Shown: positions 41,616 to 51,063, numbered from the stretch's first letter. The stretch: 64,000 nucleotides of DNA from Candidatus Altimarinota bacterium (GCA_041739085.1 JBGSON010000004.1:2366-66365), one strand, 5' to 3'. Notes: generated by a model from the letters alone, not told the origin. Program-made: numbers and translations.

Positions 41616-43127
41616 ATGTGCGGGATTGTCGGAATCATGAACAGGGATTGTCCGGTAAATCAGGATATTTTCGATGCCCTCACCACTCTCCAGCACAGAG
41701 GGCAGGATGCGGCGGGAATGGTCACCGTGAGCGGAAGGAAATTTAATATGCACAAAGGGAACGGACTCGTCCGCGATGTCATCAGGACAAAACACATGCG
41801 CGAACTCCTCGGGAAGACCGGGATCGGTCATGTCCGGTATCCGACCGCAGGATGCGCATCTCCGCTCGAAGCGCAGCCTTTTTATGTGAATGCCCCATTC
41901 GGGATTGCCCTTGCTCATAACGGGAATCTCGTGAATACCGAAAAGCTCGCGGAAGAGATTTTTCAGCATGACCGCCGCCACCTCAACACGAGTTCTGATT
42001 CCGAGATCCTCCTCAATATCCTTGCCTACGAACTCCAGCAGAAAAAGGGTACGCACCTTTCATCAAAGGACATATTTTATGCCGTATCGAAGCTCAATGC
42101 ACGATGCATCGGGGCGTATGCGGTCGTCGCTCTCATCGGAGGACACGGGATGATCGCATTCAGAGATCCCTTCGCCATCAGACCGCTCATCTTCGGAAAA
42201 AGGTTGTCACCGTTCGGGATCGAATATATGGTCGCTTCGGAGAGCGTATCGCTCAATGTCCTCGGGTTCGAGGTCATACGGGATGTGAGACCCGGAGAAT
42301 GCCTTTATTTCCCACAGGACTCTGATACCTACGAGAGCAGGATCTGTGCGAAACACACGGAATACCGCCCCTGTATTTTTGAATACGTCTATCTTGCAAG
42401 ACCGGATTCTATCATCGATAACATATCGGTTTATAAATCGAGACTGAGAATGGGGGAGCGTCTTGCAAAGAATATATTGAGGACGCTGAAAAAATCCGAC
42501 ATCGACGTCGTCATCCCGATCCCGGATTCCGGAAGGACTGCCGGTCTTGAGCTTGCGCATAAGCTCAATGCGAAATATCGGGAAGGATTCATTAAAAACA
42601 GATATATCGGGAGGACGTTTATCATGCCGGGACAGGCGATCCGGCAAAAATCGATCCGCCAGAAATTAAATGCCGTCGAACTTGAATTCCGGGGGAAAAA
42701 TGTTCTCCTTGTCGATGATTCCATCGTGAGGGGAAATACTTCGAAAAAGATCATCGAAATGGCGAGGAACGCGGGAGCCAACAAAGTGTATTTCGCTTCC
42801 TGCGCTCCCCCCGTACGATTCCCAAACGTTTATGGGATTGATATGCCGTCGAGGAATGAACTCATCGCCCACGGACTTACCGAGGAAGAGATCGCAAAGT
42901 TCATCGGGGCAGACGGTGTGTTTTACCAGAAACTGGAAGACCTCATCGCGGCGGCAAAGGAGGGGAATCCGAAAGTCGATGGATTCGATGCCTCCTGCTT
43001 CAACGGAGAATACTGCACCGGCGGTGTTGAGGATTCCTACCTCCTGCACATCGAACAGATCAGGAATGACGCATCGCGCGTTGAAAGAGAGAGGATGGAC
43101 ATCGAAAATCCCGTCTCTCTCCTCTAG
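41616..43127 (+). CDS. purF: amidophosphoribosyltransferase
   Basis: Trimmed so that the catalytic Cys follows Met (MCGIVGI). PRTase motif VLLVDDSIVRGNTS. Confidence 0.92.
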   Translation: MCGIVGIMNRDCPVNQDIFDALTTLQHRGQDAAGMVTVSGRKFNMHKGNGLVRDVIRTKHMRELLGKTGIGHVRYPTAGCASPLEAQPFYVNAPFGIALAHNGNLVNTEKLAEEIFQHDRRHLNTSSDSEILLNILAYELQQKKGTHLSSKDIFYAVSKLNARCIGAYAVVALIGGHGMIAFRDPFAIRPLIFGKRLSPFGIEYMVASESVSLNVLGFEVIRDVRPGECLYFPQDSDTYESRICAKHTEYRPCIFEYVYLARPDSIIDNISVYKSRLRMGERLAKNILRTLKKSDIDVVIPIPDSGRTAGLELAHKLNAKYREGFIKNRYIGRTFIMPGQAIRQKSIRQKLNAVELEFRGKNVLLVDDSIVRGNTSKKIIEMARNAGANKVYFASCAPPVRFPNVYGIDMPSRNELIAHGLTEEEIAKFIGADGVFYQKLEDLIAAAKEGNPKVDGFDASCFNGEYCTGGVEDSYLLHIEQIRNDASRVERERMDIENPVSLL

Positions 43128-43134
43128 AGATTCA

Positions 43135-43569
43135 TCAGGATTCTTCCTCCTTCAGGGATTTGAGCTGCCGTTCCCAGTAGTTCTGCATGACGGTCGCTGT
43201 CTTCAGGGCGATCCGTTTCCAGAAATGACCGACAAAGACGCCGATGCTGAATCCGCCGAGTATCCCGAGGATGACTCCGACCCGGATTTTTTCCGGAAGT
43301 GCGGGCGAAAGAGCGACACCGACGAGCATTCCGACGGCGATGAGAGGGTACTGCCAGGGCATCTTCGGCGCCTGTCCTTTTGGAGGGGCTTTCATGAGGC
43401 GCATGAAGAGGTCAGCGGAGATGAGCATTTTCTCCCGTGAAAACTTATGGAGGACTTTCATGGAATCCTTCTCTCCGATGAGTTCAGCAAAAAGCTCGAC
43501 TGATATTTCAAGATCTTCCGACGAATCCAGAGAATCAACCGGCCTTTTCGCAAACGGGAGATTGGTCAT
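43135..43569 (-). CDS. hypothetical tail-region membrane protein
   Basis: 144 aa with two hydrophobic helices in the C-terminal half. Overlaps the upstream gene by 4 nt. Confidence 0.5.
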   Translation of the reverse strand: MTNLPFAKRPVDSLDSSEDLEISVELFAELIGEKDSMKVLHKFSREKMLISADLFMRLMKAPPKGQAPKMPWQYPLIAVGMLVGVALSPALPEKIRVGVILGILGGFSIGVFVGHFWKRIALKTATVMQNYWERQLKSLKEEES

Positions 43570-44504
43570 GAGCGGGGAACGAAAGTGTGCTCGGAAAGTG
43601 TTTTCACGACGGGAAGGAGAGCGCTGAAATTTTCTTCCGTCACTTTGATCCCGTTCCAGGAACCGAACGAGATCCTCTCACATTTTTCTTTTCCGAGAAC
43701 ACTCTGGAAAGCTTCGGATGGAAGGGAAAAATAAATCCAGAATGCATTTTTTGAGAAAGCCCCTGCGATGACCTCGCCATTCTCATTCATCCAGGAAACG
43801 GAACCGCTCGAGGCGTTTTCCTTCACTTTCTTCCCGATTCCGAGAACCATTTTCTGGGCTTCGAGAAGTTCTTTCTTTTCTTTCTCCGAGAGCTCGGAGA
43901 GAGCCCCCGACTTCAGATATTTCTCGAGGAGGAGTTCGCGCTCAAGAAATCGCACGGTCTTTTCTGCGCCGTTGATTTTTTCATCGAGATGATCCACGCG
44001 CGAATTCACCCTGAGGACATCGACTCCGCGCACTCTGCTGATCGCGTCTGATGTCTCCCGGATGGCAAATCCCGGTCCTTCCGTGAATATTCTTTTTATC
44101 GTGTTTCCGACCCGGAGGAAGAACCATTTCACCTTCTCATAGACGAGTTGGAGTGAGATTTTTCTCCCGATGAGGTCGGAGACAACGGGGATCTTGTAGT
44201 AATGCCCCCCCTGAGCCTCAAGAAAACCCATGAGTGCTCCCGCGACGATGATGATGTTGAGATAGCTGAGGCGCCCCGGAAGGATCGCGAAGAGAACGCA
44301 GAAGAAACCGAGATAGACTGCCTGAAGCGCGTGGAACTTGATGAACATGCTGTCCCTCCTCGTAATGAGAAGGACCGGTGCAAAGACCAGGACATAGGAA
44401 AATGCGGCGACATCCTTGTTCTTCTCAATATCATCGACGACCTCGTCGCTCTCGGGAGCGGACGCGGGATGAGGGATTTCCTCTTTTGAAATGTCTTCAG
44501 ACAT
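43566..44504 (-). CDS. hypothetical membrane protein (N-terminal DUF4870-like 3-TM module, coiled coil and soluble C-terminal domain)
   Basis: 312 aa. AAFSYVLVFAPVLLITRRDSMFIKFHALQAVYLGFF resembles the DUF4870 pattern, an assignment made from memory. Confidence 0.55.
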   Translation of the reverse strand: MSEDISKEEIPHPASAPESDEVVDDIEKNKDVAAFSYVLVFAPVLLITRRDSMFIKFHALQAVYLGFFCVLFAILPGRLSYLNIIIVAGALMGFLEAQGGHYYKIPVVSDLIGRKISLQLVYEKVKWFFLRVGNTIKRIFTEGPGFAIRETSDAISRVRGVDVLRVNSRVDHLDEKINGAEKTVRFLERELLLEKYLKSGALSELSEKEKKELLEAQKMVLGIGKKVKENASSGSVSWMNENGEVIAGAFSKNAFWIYFSLPSEAFQSVLGKEKCERISFGSWNGIKVTEENFSALLPVVKTLSEHTFVPRS

Positions 44505-44617
44505 GTATATTTATGAAATATTTGTTTTACCTTCTCAATATTCTATCAGAATTCCTGATAAAAATCAAAAAACTCTTCATGAATTTTTCAGAGCCGTTTA
44601 TGCGCAATAATAAAAAT

Positions 44618-45226
44618 TCAAGTATTAGTTGCACCACCCTCTAAATAATGAGAAATGGCTTCATTAGGGGAGAGAAAGTTTAAAGATTTTCTTGGTCTGT
44701 TATTCAGTCGATTTTCTACGAACAGAATTTCTTCCTCTGCAACATCAGCGAAGACTGTTCCTTTGGGGAAGTACTGCCGAATGAGCTTATTACAATTCTC
44801 TACGCCCCCCTTCTGCCAGGAGCAATATGGATCACAAAAATAATTCTCTATATCAAACGCTTCTTTGAGTGAAGTGTGTTTTGTGTTCTCCGATCCGTTA
44901 TCAAAAGTAAAGGTGCAAAAGAGATGCAGGGGAAGGGAATCCACCGTGCAAAAGAGAGCTTCTTTTGTGTCTCCTGCTGTTTTAGAAATGAGTTTATGGA
45001 TTCTGCAGAGCTGACTCTTGCGTTCGTAATGTACAGAGAGTGCTCCTTTCTTTTGTCGTGGCGACTCCACTGTATCACTCTCCCAATCTCCAATCCGAGA
45101 TCTTTCATCTACGACTTCAGGCCGTTCATGAATAGAAATCCTTTCTGGGATTTTTTCGCATTGCTTCCTTCTTCCCCACGGTATGCGTTTCTTTCTGCGA
45201 GTGCGAAGGTGCTTCCATATGCTCAA
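44618..45226 (-). pseudogene. IS30-family transposase remnant (DDE catalytic core only, N-terminal HTH region missing)
   Basis: RIGDWESDTV, TFDNGSENT and GGVENCNKLIRQYFPKG form an IS30-type DDE triad region. The ORF has only a TTG at its 5' end and lacks about 130 N-terminal residues. AT-rich. Confidence 0.75.
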
Positions 45227-45235
45227 GATTCAGGA

Positions 45236-45264
45236 TTGAAAAATGGAGAGAAATTTAATATAAT
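45236..45264 (+). promoter_or_regulatory. near-consensus sigma70 promoter for the ABC-transporter operon
   Basis: TTGAAA, 17 nt, TATAAT. The -10 box ends 27 nt before ATG 45292. It abuts the truncated 5' end of the IS30 remnant. Confidence 0.55.
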
Positions 45265-45291
45265 AAGTCGAAACTCATATTCTTAAACGCA

Positions 45292-46017
45292 ATGATCACC
45301 ATCTCCCACCTCACAAAAATCTATCCCGGAAAGAAAAAGCCATCCCTGGATGCCATTTCCCTCTCCGTGAAAAAGGGGGATATTTTCGGATTTCTTGGTC
45401 CGAACGGTGCGGGGAAGACGACGACCGTAAAGATCCTCATGGGGCTTATGCGTCCGACAAAAGGGGAAGTGAAGGTCCTCGATGAATCCCCCGATGCGTA
45501 TTCTATCAAGAAAAAAATCGGTTTTCTCCCGGAGAATCCGTATTTCTACCAGTATCTCTCCGGGATCGAATTCTTAAGGATGTGCGCGGACATATTTTCT
45601 ATTCCTGAGAAAAAGAAAGAGGCGAGGATTAAAGAGGTGCTCAAAGAAGTCCATCTCCAGGAGGATTCCTGGAAATCAAAGATCCGGACCTATTCCAAGG
45701 GTATGCAGCAGCGGCTTGGGATTGCGCAGGCGCTCATCAACGATCCCGAACTCGTTGTCCTCGATGAACCGATGAGCGGACTGGACCCCCTCGGGAGAAG
45801 GGAGATGAAAGATGTCATCCTCCGGATGAAGAGGGAAGGGAAGACTGTTTTCTTTAATTCCCATATCCTCGCTGATGTCGAAGACCTCTGCAGCAGGGTT
45901 GCGATCATTGATTTTGGAAAGATCATCCTGGAAGGGGACGTAGCGGAAATCACAAAGAAAAAATCTGTTTCCCTGGAAAAGATCTTTATCGATACTGTTA
46001 CCAAAAACCGCCGATGA
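45292..46017 (+). CDS. ABC transporter ATP-binding protein
   Basis: Walker A GPNGAGKTT, signature YSKGMQQRLGIA, Walker B VVLDEP. Confidence 0.9.
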   Translation: MITISHLTKIYPGKKKPSLDAISLSVKKGDIFGFLGPNGAGKTTTVKILMGLMRPTKGEVKVLDESPDAYSIKKKIGFLPENPYFYQYLSGIEFLRMCADIFSIPEKKKEARIKEVLKEVHLQEDSWKSKIRTYSKGMQQRLGIAQALINDPELVVLDEPMSGLDPLGRREMKDVILRMKREGKTVFFNSHILADVEDLCSRVAIIDFGKIILEGDVAEITKKKSVSLEKIFIDTVTKNRR

Positions 46018-46766
46018 ACGCTCTTATTTCTCTATCAAAAAATACATTTCGGGAAGCGATCCGGGACCGGATACTCTCCACGATCTTCGCGTTCGGTTTT
46101 CTCTTCCTCCTCGCCGCTCCGCTCGCCGGAGAGCTCTCCGCTGGGCAGTCGGAAAGACTCATCATGAATTTCGGGCTGGCGATGATCCACCTCTTCGGGA
46201 TCTTCATCACCATATTCGTGGGAAGCAGACTCATTTCGAATGAGATCGACCGGAAAACGATATTCCTCCTCATCCCGAAACCGGTATCGAGGAGTGTCAT
46301 CATCTGTTCAAAATTCTTCGGCCTCGGGGCAGTCCTCTTCTGCACAACTCTCCTCATGAGTCTTGTCTTCTTTCTCCTTGTTCATCCCTCCCTCCCCATG
46401 ATCCTTATCATCGGGTTCATGTATCTCTCCTTCCTCCTCCTCCTCGCGATCCTTCTCTTCTTCTCTTCGTTTATGTCTCCCCTCATGGCTTCGGTCTCGG
46501 GGATCCTTTTCTTCCTGGTCGGAAATGTCACCTTTCATCTCAAGGCTCTTTCCTATCAATTCGGGAGTCTTTTTGTCCAGCGATTTGCGGATATCGCATA
46601 CCATATCCTCCCAAATTTCACGAATTTGAATCTCAAGAACTATGTGATCTATGGGATCCCATACAGTACCGTTCATCTCCTCATCATCACCGGCGTGACG
46701 ATCCTCTCCATCACGCTCTTCCTCTTTTTTGCAACGATGATTTTTTCCCGCAAAGAATTCTCATAA
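46014..46766 (+). CDS. ABC-2-type transporter permease
   Basis: 250 aa, 6 TMs, overlapping the ATPase gene by 4 nt. The N-terminus NTFREAIRDRIL is typical of ABC-2 permeases. Confidence 0.75.
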   Translation: MNALISLSKNTFREAIRDRILSTIFAFGFLFLLAAPLAGELSAGQSERLIMNFGLAMIHLFGIFITIFVGSRLISNEIDRKTIFLLIPKPVSRSVIICSKFFGLGAVLFCTTLLMSLVFFLLVHPSLPMILIIGFMYLSFLLLLAILLFFSSFMSPLMASVSGILFFLVGNVTFHLKALSYQFGSLFVQRFADIAYHILPNFTNLNLKNYVIYGIPYSTVHLLIITGVTILSITLFLFFATMIFSRKEFS

Positions 46767-46797
46767 GGACCGGAATGATCTCCTGCCTCATTTTTTC

Positions 46798-47700
46798 ATG
46801 ACACTCCTTAAAAAATTCCTGGCCCTTCTTCTCGTCATCCTTGCCTATTTCGGTCTCTGGACTGGGCAGGACGCACTTTTTGAGCATCATGTAAAAAGAT
46901 TCTATTCGAATATCGCCCAGACGACAGCACTGAGTGGCGGCGAGGTCATCAAATATGTCACCTTCGGCTTTGAAAACTTTGTCGCGGACATCTACTGGAT
47001 GCGCACGATCCAGTATGTCGGGACCCATGTTGCCGATGGATCGTACTCGGTTCTCGAAGCCTACGCGAACATCATCACCGACATCGATCCAAAATTTGCT
47101 TTTGTTTATCATTTTTCAGGACTCCTCCTTCCGAATACCGGCGATTATAAATCCGCAGAGAAGATCCTCCTGAAGGGAGAGATGAAAAATCCGGAGAATT
47201 TCTGGTTCCCTTCCGATCTCGGATTCCTCTATTTCTACTACCTCGAAGATTACGACAGCGCGATCGAGGCATACAAAAGATGCGTTCCGCTCCAAGACTG
47301 TCCCGGGGCGACTCCAAGGCTTGTCGCGACGCTTCTCGCCCGTTCGGGAAAAGAAGAGATCGCTTTCCAAAGCCTTCTCGATCAGTTCGCCAGCGCCGAA
47401 TCCGATGAGCAGCGGGATTTTCTCAAGCAAAAAGTCGAGGAGGTGGGAAAACTCATCCTCCTGCAGAAGCTCTCGATCCTCTACCCTCCGGAGACACAGG
47501 TGTCGGAACTCATCGGGAAATCATTCCCGCTCAATGATCCCGAACTCAGCACTTATCTCGCCGTAGTAGAATCCCTGATAGAAAAAAAACTTTTATCGGA
47601 CGAGAAGACCGTTCTCAAGGAAATGACAGAAAATCCGTTTCAAACCAACTCCTATCTCTGGGATGCGACAACGAAGAAAGTAAAACCCAAGCGCTGGTAA
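46798..47700 (+). CDS. hypothetical membrane-anchored helical-repeat (TPR-like) protein
   Basis: 300 aa. N-terminal TM, then helical repeats (DYKSAEKILLKGEMKNPENFW, DYDSAIEAYKRCV). Same strand as the ABC genes and tightly spaced with them. Confidence 0.6.
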   Translation: MTLLKKFLALLLVILAYFGLWTGQDALFEHHVKRFYSNIAQTTALSGGEVIKYVTFGFENFVADIYWMRTIQYVGTHVADGSYSVLEAYANIITDIDPKFAFVYHFSGLLLPNTGDYKSAEKILLKGEMKNPENFWFPSDLGFLYFYYLEDYDSAIEAYKRCVPLQDCPGATPRLVATLLARSGKEEIAFQSLLDQFASAESDEQRDFLKQKVEEVGKLILLQKLSILYPPETQVSELIGKSFPLNDPELSTYLAVVESLIEKKLLSDEKTVLKEMTENPFQTNSYLWDATTKKVKPKRW

Positions 47701-47718
47701 GAAGAAAGCCACGGGATA

Positions 47719-47747
47719 TTGTATATTCCAGCTCAATCTGATATAAT
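47719..47747 (+). promoter_or_regulatory. sigma70-like promoter for the fifth PilT-family gene
   Basis: TTGTAT, 17 nt, TATAAT. The -10 box ends 33 nt before ATG 47781. Confidence 0.5.
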
Positions 47748-47780
47748 GAAGCGAAAGAAAAACATATTCTCCATGAAAAA

Positions 47781-48887
47781 ATGCAATACCTGAAGACACT
47801 CTTTGAGGCTCAGAAAAAACTGAAATCCTCAGATCTTCATCTCTATGAGACTCATCCTCCGTATCTCAGGGGTGCTGACGGCGGGCTTTATCCCGTAAAG
47901 AATTACAGCGCGCTCACTTCGGAAGACATGGAGCATATCATGAAGTCGATATTGAGCGATCGGCAGATCGAAATATTCCAGGAAAAGAAAGATTTTGAAC
48001 TCTCCGCGAGACTGGAAGGCGTCGCGAGATTCAGGGTGAACTTCTATCATGAGTTCAACGGCATTGCGATTGTTTTTCGCATGCTTACGGATGAGATCGA
48101 ATCGCTCGCTGATCTCGGGATCCCGAAATCGGTGGAAGACCTCACCTTTGAACATTATGGATTCATCCTCGTCACCGGTCCGAATGGGAGCGGGAAATCC
48201 ACGACCATGTCCGCGATGCTCAATGCCATGAACAAAAACCGGAATGTGAACATCATCACGATCGAAGATCCCATTGAGATCGTCCACGAATCAAAAAAGA
48301 GCGTCGTGAGCCAGCGGGAAGTGGGAACGCACATCGCGAGTTTCAAGGAAGCGGCGAAATATCTTTTCCGTCAGGATGTGAACGTCGTCATTATTGGAGA
48401 ACTCCGGGATTATGAGAGTTTCGCGCTCGCGATCGATATCGCAGAGACCGGCCATCTCGTCATGTCCACGGTCCATTCCGAAGATGTCGGGTCCACCATT
48501 TCCCGTATCGTGAACATCTTTCCTTCCGATCAGCAGAATATGATCCGGATGAAACTGGCACTCTCTCTCAAGGGGATCGTCTCCCAAAAACTCATCCCCC
48601 GGAAAGACTTTACGGGGCGCGTCGTGGCGACCGAAGTCTGCCTCCATTCTCCGACACTTAGGCAGCTCATCCTCGACCGGAAAGAGAACCAGATCCTCCA
48701 GTTCATGGAATCAAACCGCGATGTCGGGATGCAGACTTTTAATGACCATATCCTCGAGCATTACGCGAATGGATCTATCTCCCGGGATCAGGCGCTCCTC
48801 AATTCCCATAATCCTGAAGATTTCATCGCCCTCCTCGACGAGGTCGATGAAGGGATAAAAATCCTGAATCAGGAAGCAGGGAAATAA
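47781..48887 (+). CDS. PilT/PilU-family ATPase (divergent paralog)
   Basis: VTGPNGSGKST, TIEDPIEI, VVIIGELRD, ETGHLVMSTVHS. There is no AIRNLIRE motif (SPTLRQLILDRKE instead), which is PilU-like. Confidence 0.85.
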   Translation: MQYLKTLFEAQKKLKSSDLHLYETHPPYLRGADGGLYPVKNYSALTSEDMEHIMKSILSDRQIEIFQEKKDFELSARLEGVARFRVNFYHEFNGIAIVFRMLTDEIESLADLGIPKSVEDLTFEHYGFILVTGPNGSGKSTTMSAMLNAMNKNRNVNIITIEDPIEIVHESKKSVVSQREVGTHIASFKEAAKYLFRQDVNVVIIGELRDYESFALAIDIAETGHLVMSTVHSEDVGSTISRIVNIFPSDQQNMIRMKLALSLKGIVSQKLIPRKDFTGRVVATEVCLHSPTLRQLILDRKENQILQFMESNRDVGMQTFNDHILEHYANGSISRDQALLNSHNPEDFIALLDEVDEGIKILNQEAGK

Positions 48888-48949
48888 CACTTCCCCTTGC
48901 AATTCAAACCCGTTTTTCCTAGTCTTTTCACAGTTTATCCTTCATTCCC

Positions 48950-49543
48950 ATGAAAAAAGCACTCTCCCTCTTCCTCGTCCTTTTCTCATTTTCCCTGTTC
49001 TCTCCCGTTGCTTTTGCACTCGATGACCTCGATCGGGATGATTACTGGGATTGCGCAGCAGATCCCTGCCCAGACGGCACGCAGCTTCCTCTTGGGGCAA
49101 AAGGCTGGGAGCCGTCGACATGTGATCAAGTTACCATTGAAACAGATGATACCGTAAGTATTGGAGGGACTGATTATCCCCTCATGGCGCCGGATGTCGC
49201 GAGCGTTGAAGGGAAGAGGGTCCACCCGAATGCCATCGAACCCCCCGAGAGTAAGATCGACTATAACTGCGACGGAAAAGTGTCCGGATGGGTCCCGGAT
49301 GAGTACAAGGACGATGTCGATCTCATGGGAAAGATCGGAGATGTCATCAAACTCATCGGACAGATCGCGGTCTTTGTTTCTGCCGGCGCGCTCATCTATG
49401 GAGGCATCATGTTCGCCACCGCTTCCGGAGAAGAGATGAAGATCCAGAAAGCGAAAAAGACCATCATCGGAGCCATTGTCGGGCTCATCGTCGGGCTCCT
49501 CGCCTGGAATATTGTCGGATTCGTCACAAACTGGGTCCGATAA
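48950..49543 (+). CDS. secreted protein with a C-terminal TrbC/VirB2-like (Gram-positive/CPR T4SS pilin-type) two-helix membrane module
   Basis: Signal peptide, then an acidic Cys-containing domain of about 110 aa (DDLDRDDYWDCAADPCPDG...STCD...YNCDG). Next comes IGQIAVFVSAGALIYGGIMFATASGEEMKIQKAKKTIIGAIVGLIVGLLAWNIV, which matches the GG...SaG....kAK...iiG pattern of that pilin family as I remember it. Confidence 0.6.
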   Translation: MKKALSLFLVLFSFSLFSPVAFALDDLDRDDYWDCAADPCPDGTQLPLGAKGWEPSTCDQVTIETDDTVSIGGTDYPLMAPDVASVEGKRVHPNAIEPPESKIDYNCDGKVSGWVPDEYKDDVDLMGKIGDVIKLIGQIAVFVSAGALIYGGIMFATASGEEMKIQKAKKTIIGAIVGLIVGLLAWNIVGFVTNWVR

Positions 49544-49564
49544 TCACACTTTGACTCGAGAAAA

Positions 49565-49592
49565 GACGGGGGCATCGCCTCCGTCTTTTTTT
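49565..49592 (+). terminator. rho-independent terminator
   Basis: gacgggggc-atc-gcctccgtc (9-bp stem, one G-U) followed by ttttttt, 22 nt after the stop codon. Confidence 0.7.
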
Positions 49593-49630
49593 ATTGATAC
49601 AATGACTGTGCTTCACTTTTCTTCATCCCG

Positions 49631-50044
49631 ATGACGCTTCCGCTTCTTGACCTCATCGCTGAAATGAATTCGCTAGACGGAGATGAGAAAATAAAATTTC
49701 TTCTCACCCTCGCCCGGGAACTTCCTTCGCCTCCGGAAGGAGGATTTGCAGAGGAGCACCAGATCAAAGGATGTGCATCTCAGGCATACCTCATGGGGAA
49801 GTGCGAAGACGGAAGGATCTATTTTCAGGGGGATTCCGATGCGCAAATCCCGAAGGGACTCATCGCTCTCTTTGTCCTGGGATGCAGCGGCGCGGATCCG
49901 AAGGAGATCCTCGATATCCCCATGGAGAATATTCAGAGCATCGGACTTCAGGACATCCTTTCCCCTTCGCGGGTAAACGGGGCGTATCATATCATCCAGA
50001 AAGTCCGGGAAATCGCTCTTCAGTGTGAGAAATCGAACGGGTAA
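49631..50044 (+). CDS. sufE: SufE-like cysteine desulfuration protein
   Basis: 137 aa. Conserved Cys context HQIKGCASQAYL and DSDAQIPKGLIAL. Confidence 0.8.
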   Translation: MTLPLLDLIAEMNSLDGDEKIKFLLTLARELPSPPEGGFAEEHQIKGCASQAYLMGKCEDGRIYFQGDSDAQIPKGLIALFVLGCSGADPKEILDIPMENIQSIGLQDILSPSRVNGAYHIIQKVREIALQCEKSNG

Positions 50045-50047
50045 TCT

Positions 50048-51052
50048 CTAAAAAAGAGCCATCTGATCTTCATCCGTGGATTTTTTGATTTTTTCGGAGA
50101 AAGCCGGTCTTTTCGAAGCTTCGATCTCTGCCCAGAGTTCCTCTTCCTCTCCTGCGATTTTTTGTTTTTCTCCGCTTCCGAATATCCTCTGGAGACGGTT
50201 TACGAGTGAATGGAAATAGTATTTTCGGAAAAATTTCTCCAGGTTTTCAAGAGGAAGTGAGCGGACATCGCCGCTTTCCAGAGAAAAATTATCCAGAGAA
50301 AGGTCCCGGTGGAGTGTCGTCATCTCCTTCGTAAGAAGAGCGATGGGAACGCCCTCGCGGATTTTTTTCCCTACCGCCCCGGGAATCTTTTCCGCATTTT
50401 CAATGATGCGGTGGAGCGTCCCATATTCGGAGAGAAGTTTTACGGCCGTTTTTTTCCCGATTCCGGGTATTCCCTTGAGGTTGTCCGAGGAATCTCCGAC
50501 CATCGCCTTATAGTCCGCGATCTGCTCGGGATACACTTCCAGTTTCGTAAAAACGGCAGTCCGGTCAAAATGCGCCATTTTTTTGCCCCCAAGCTGGGGA
50601 AAACTTACATGGACATTGTCGCCGATAAGCTGAAACATATCCTGGTCTCCGGTGACGATCTCGATCTCGTATTCGGGATTCCCACGATATTTTTCACTGA
50701 TCGTGGCAAGGAAATCATCCGCTTCGTATCCTTCCTCAGAAAAAACGGGGATATGGAAAGCATCGAAAAGATCTTTGATGAGAGGGAGTTGCTGAACGAG
50801 CTCGTCCGGCATCTCCGGCCGGTGGCCTTTATAGTCCGGCACTTTCTCATGGCGGTGTGTCTTTGCTTTCTCATCCCTTGCTCCGAAAAGATATCTCGGA
50901 TGGTCTGACTCGATGATCGAGAGAATGATCGATGAAACGCCGTACACAGCGTTGAGAGGAGTCCCTTTTCCGTCGGTCAGATTCCGCGGGATCGCGAAAA
51001 ATGCACGGAAGAAGAGGTGAGGGACATCGAAGAGAATGATCTTTTCAGGCAA
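50048..51052 (-). CDS. stand-alone 5'-3' exonuclease (Pol I N-terminal domain / FEN-like)
   Basis: LFDVPHLFFRAFFA, TGDQDMFQL and the H3TH motif GIPGIGKKTAVKLL. There is no polymerase domain. Confidence 0.85.
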   Translation of the reverse strand: MPEKIILFDVPHLFFRAFFAIPRNLTDGKGTPLNAVYGVSSIILSIIESDHPRYLFGARDEKAKTHRHEKVPDYKGHRPEMPDELVQQLPLIKDLFDAFHIPVFSEEGYEADDFLATISEKYRGNPEYEIEIVTGDQDMFQLIGDNVHVSFPQLGGKKMAHFDRTAVFTKLEVYPEQIADYKAMVGDSSDNLKGIPGIGKKTAVKLLSEYGTLHRIIENAEKIPGAVGKKIREGVPIALLTKEMTTLHRDLSLDNFSLESGDVRSLPLENLEKFFRKYYFHSLVNRLQRIFGSGEKQKIAGEEEELWAEIEASKRPAFSEKIKKSTDEDQMALF

Positions 51053-51063
51053 GGCGGGAGGAG

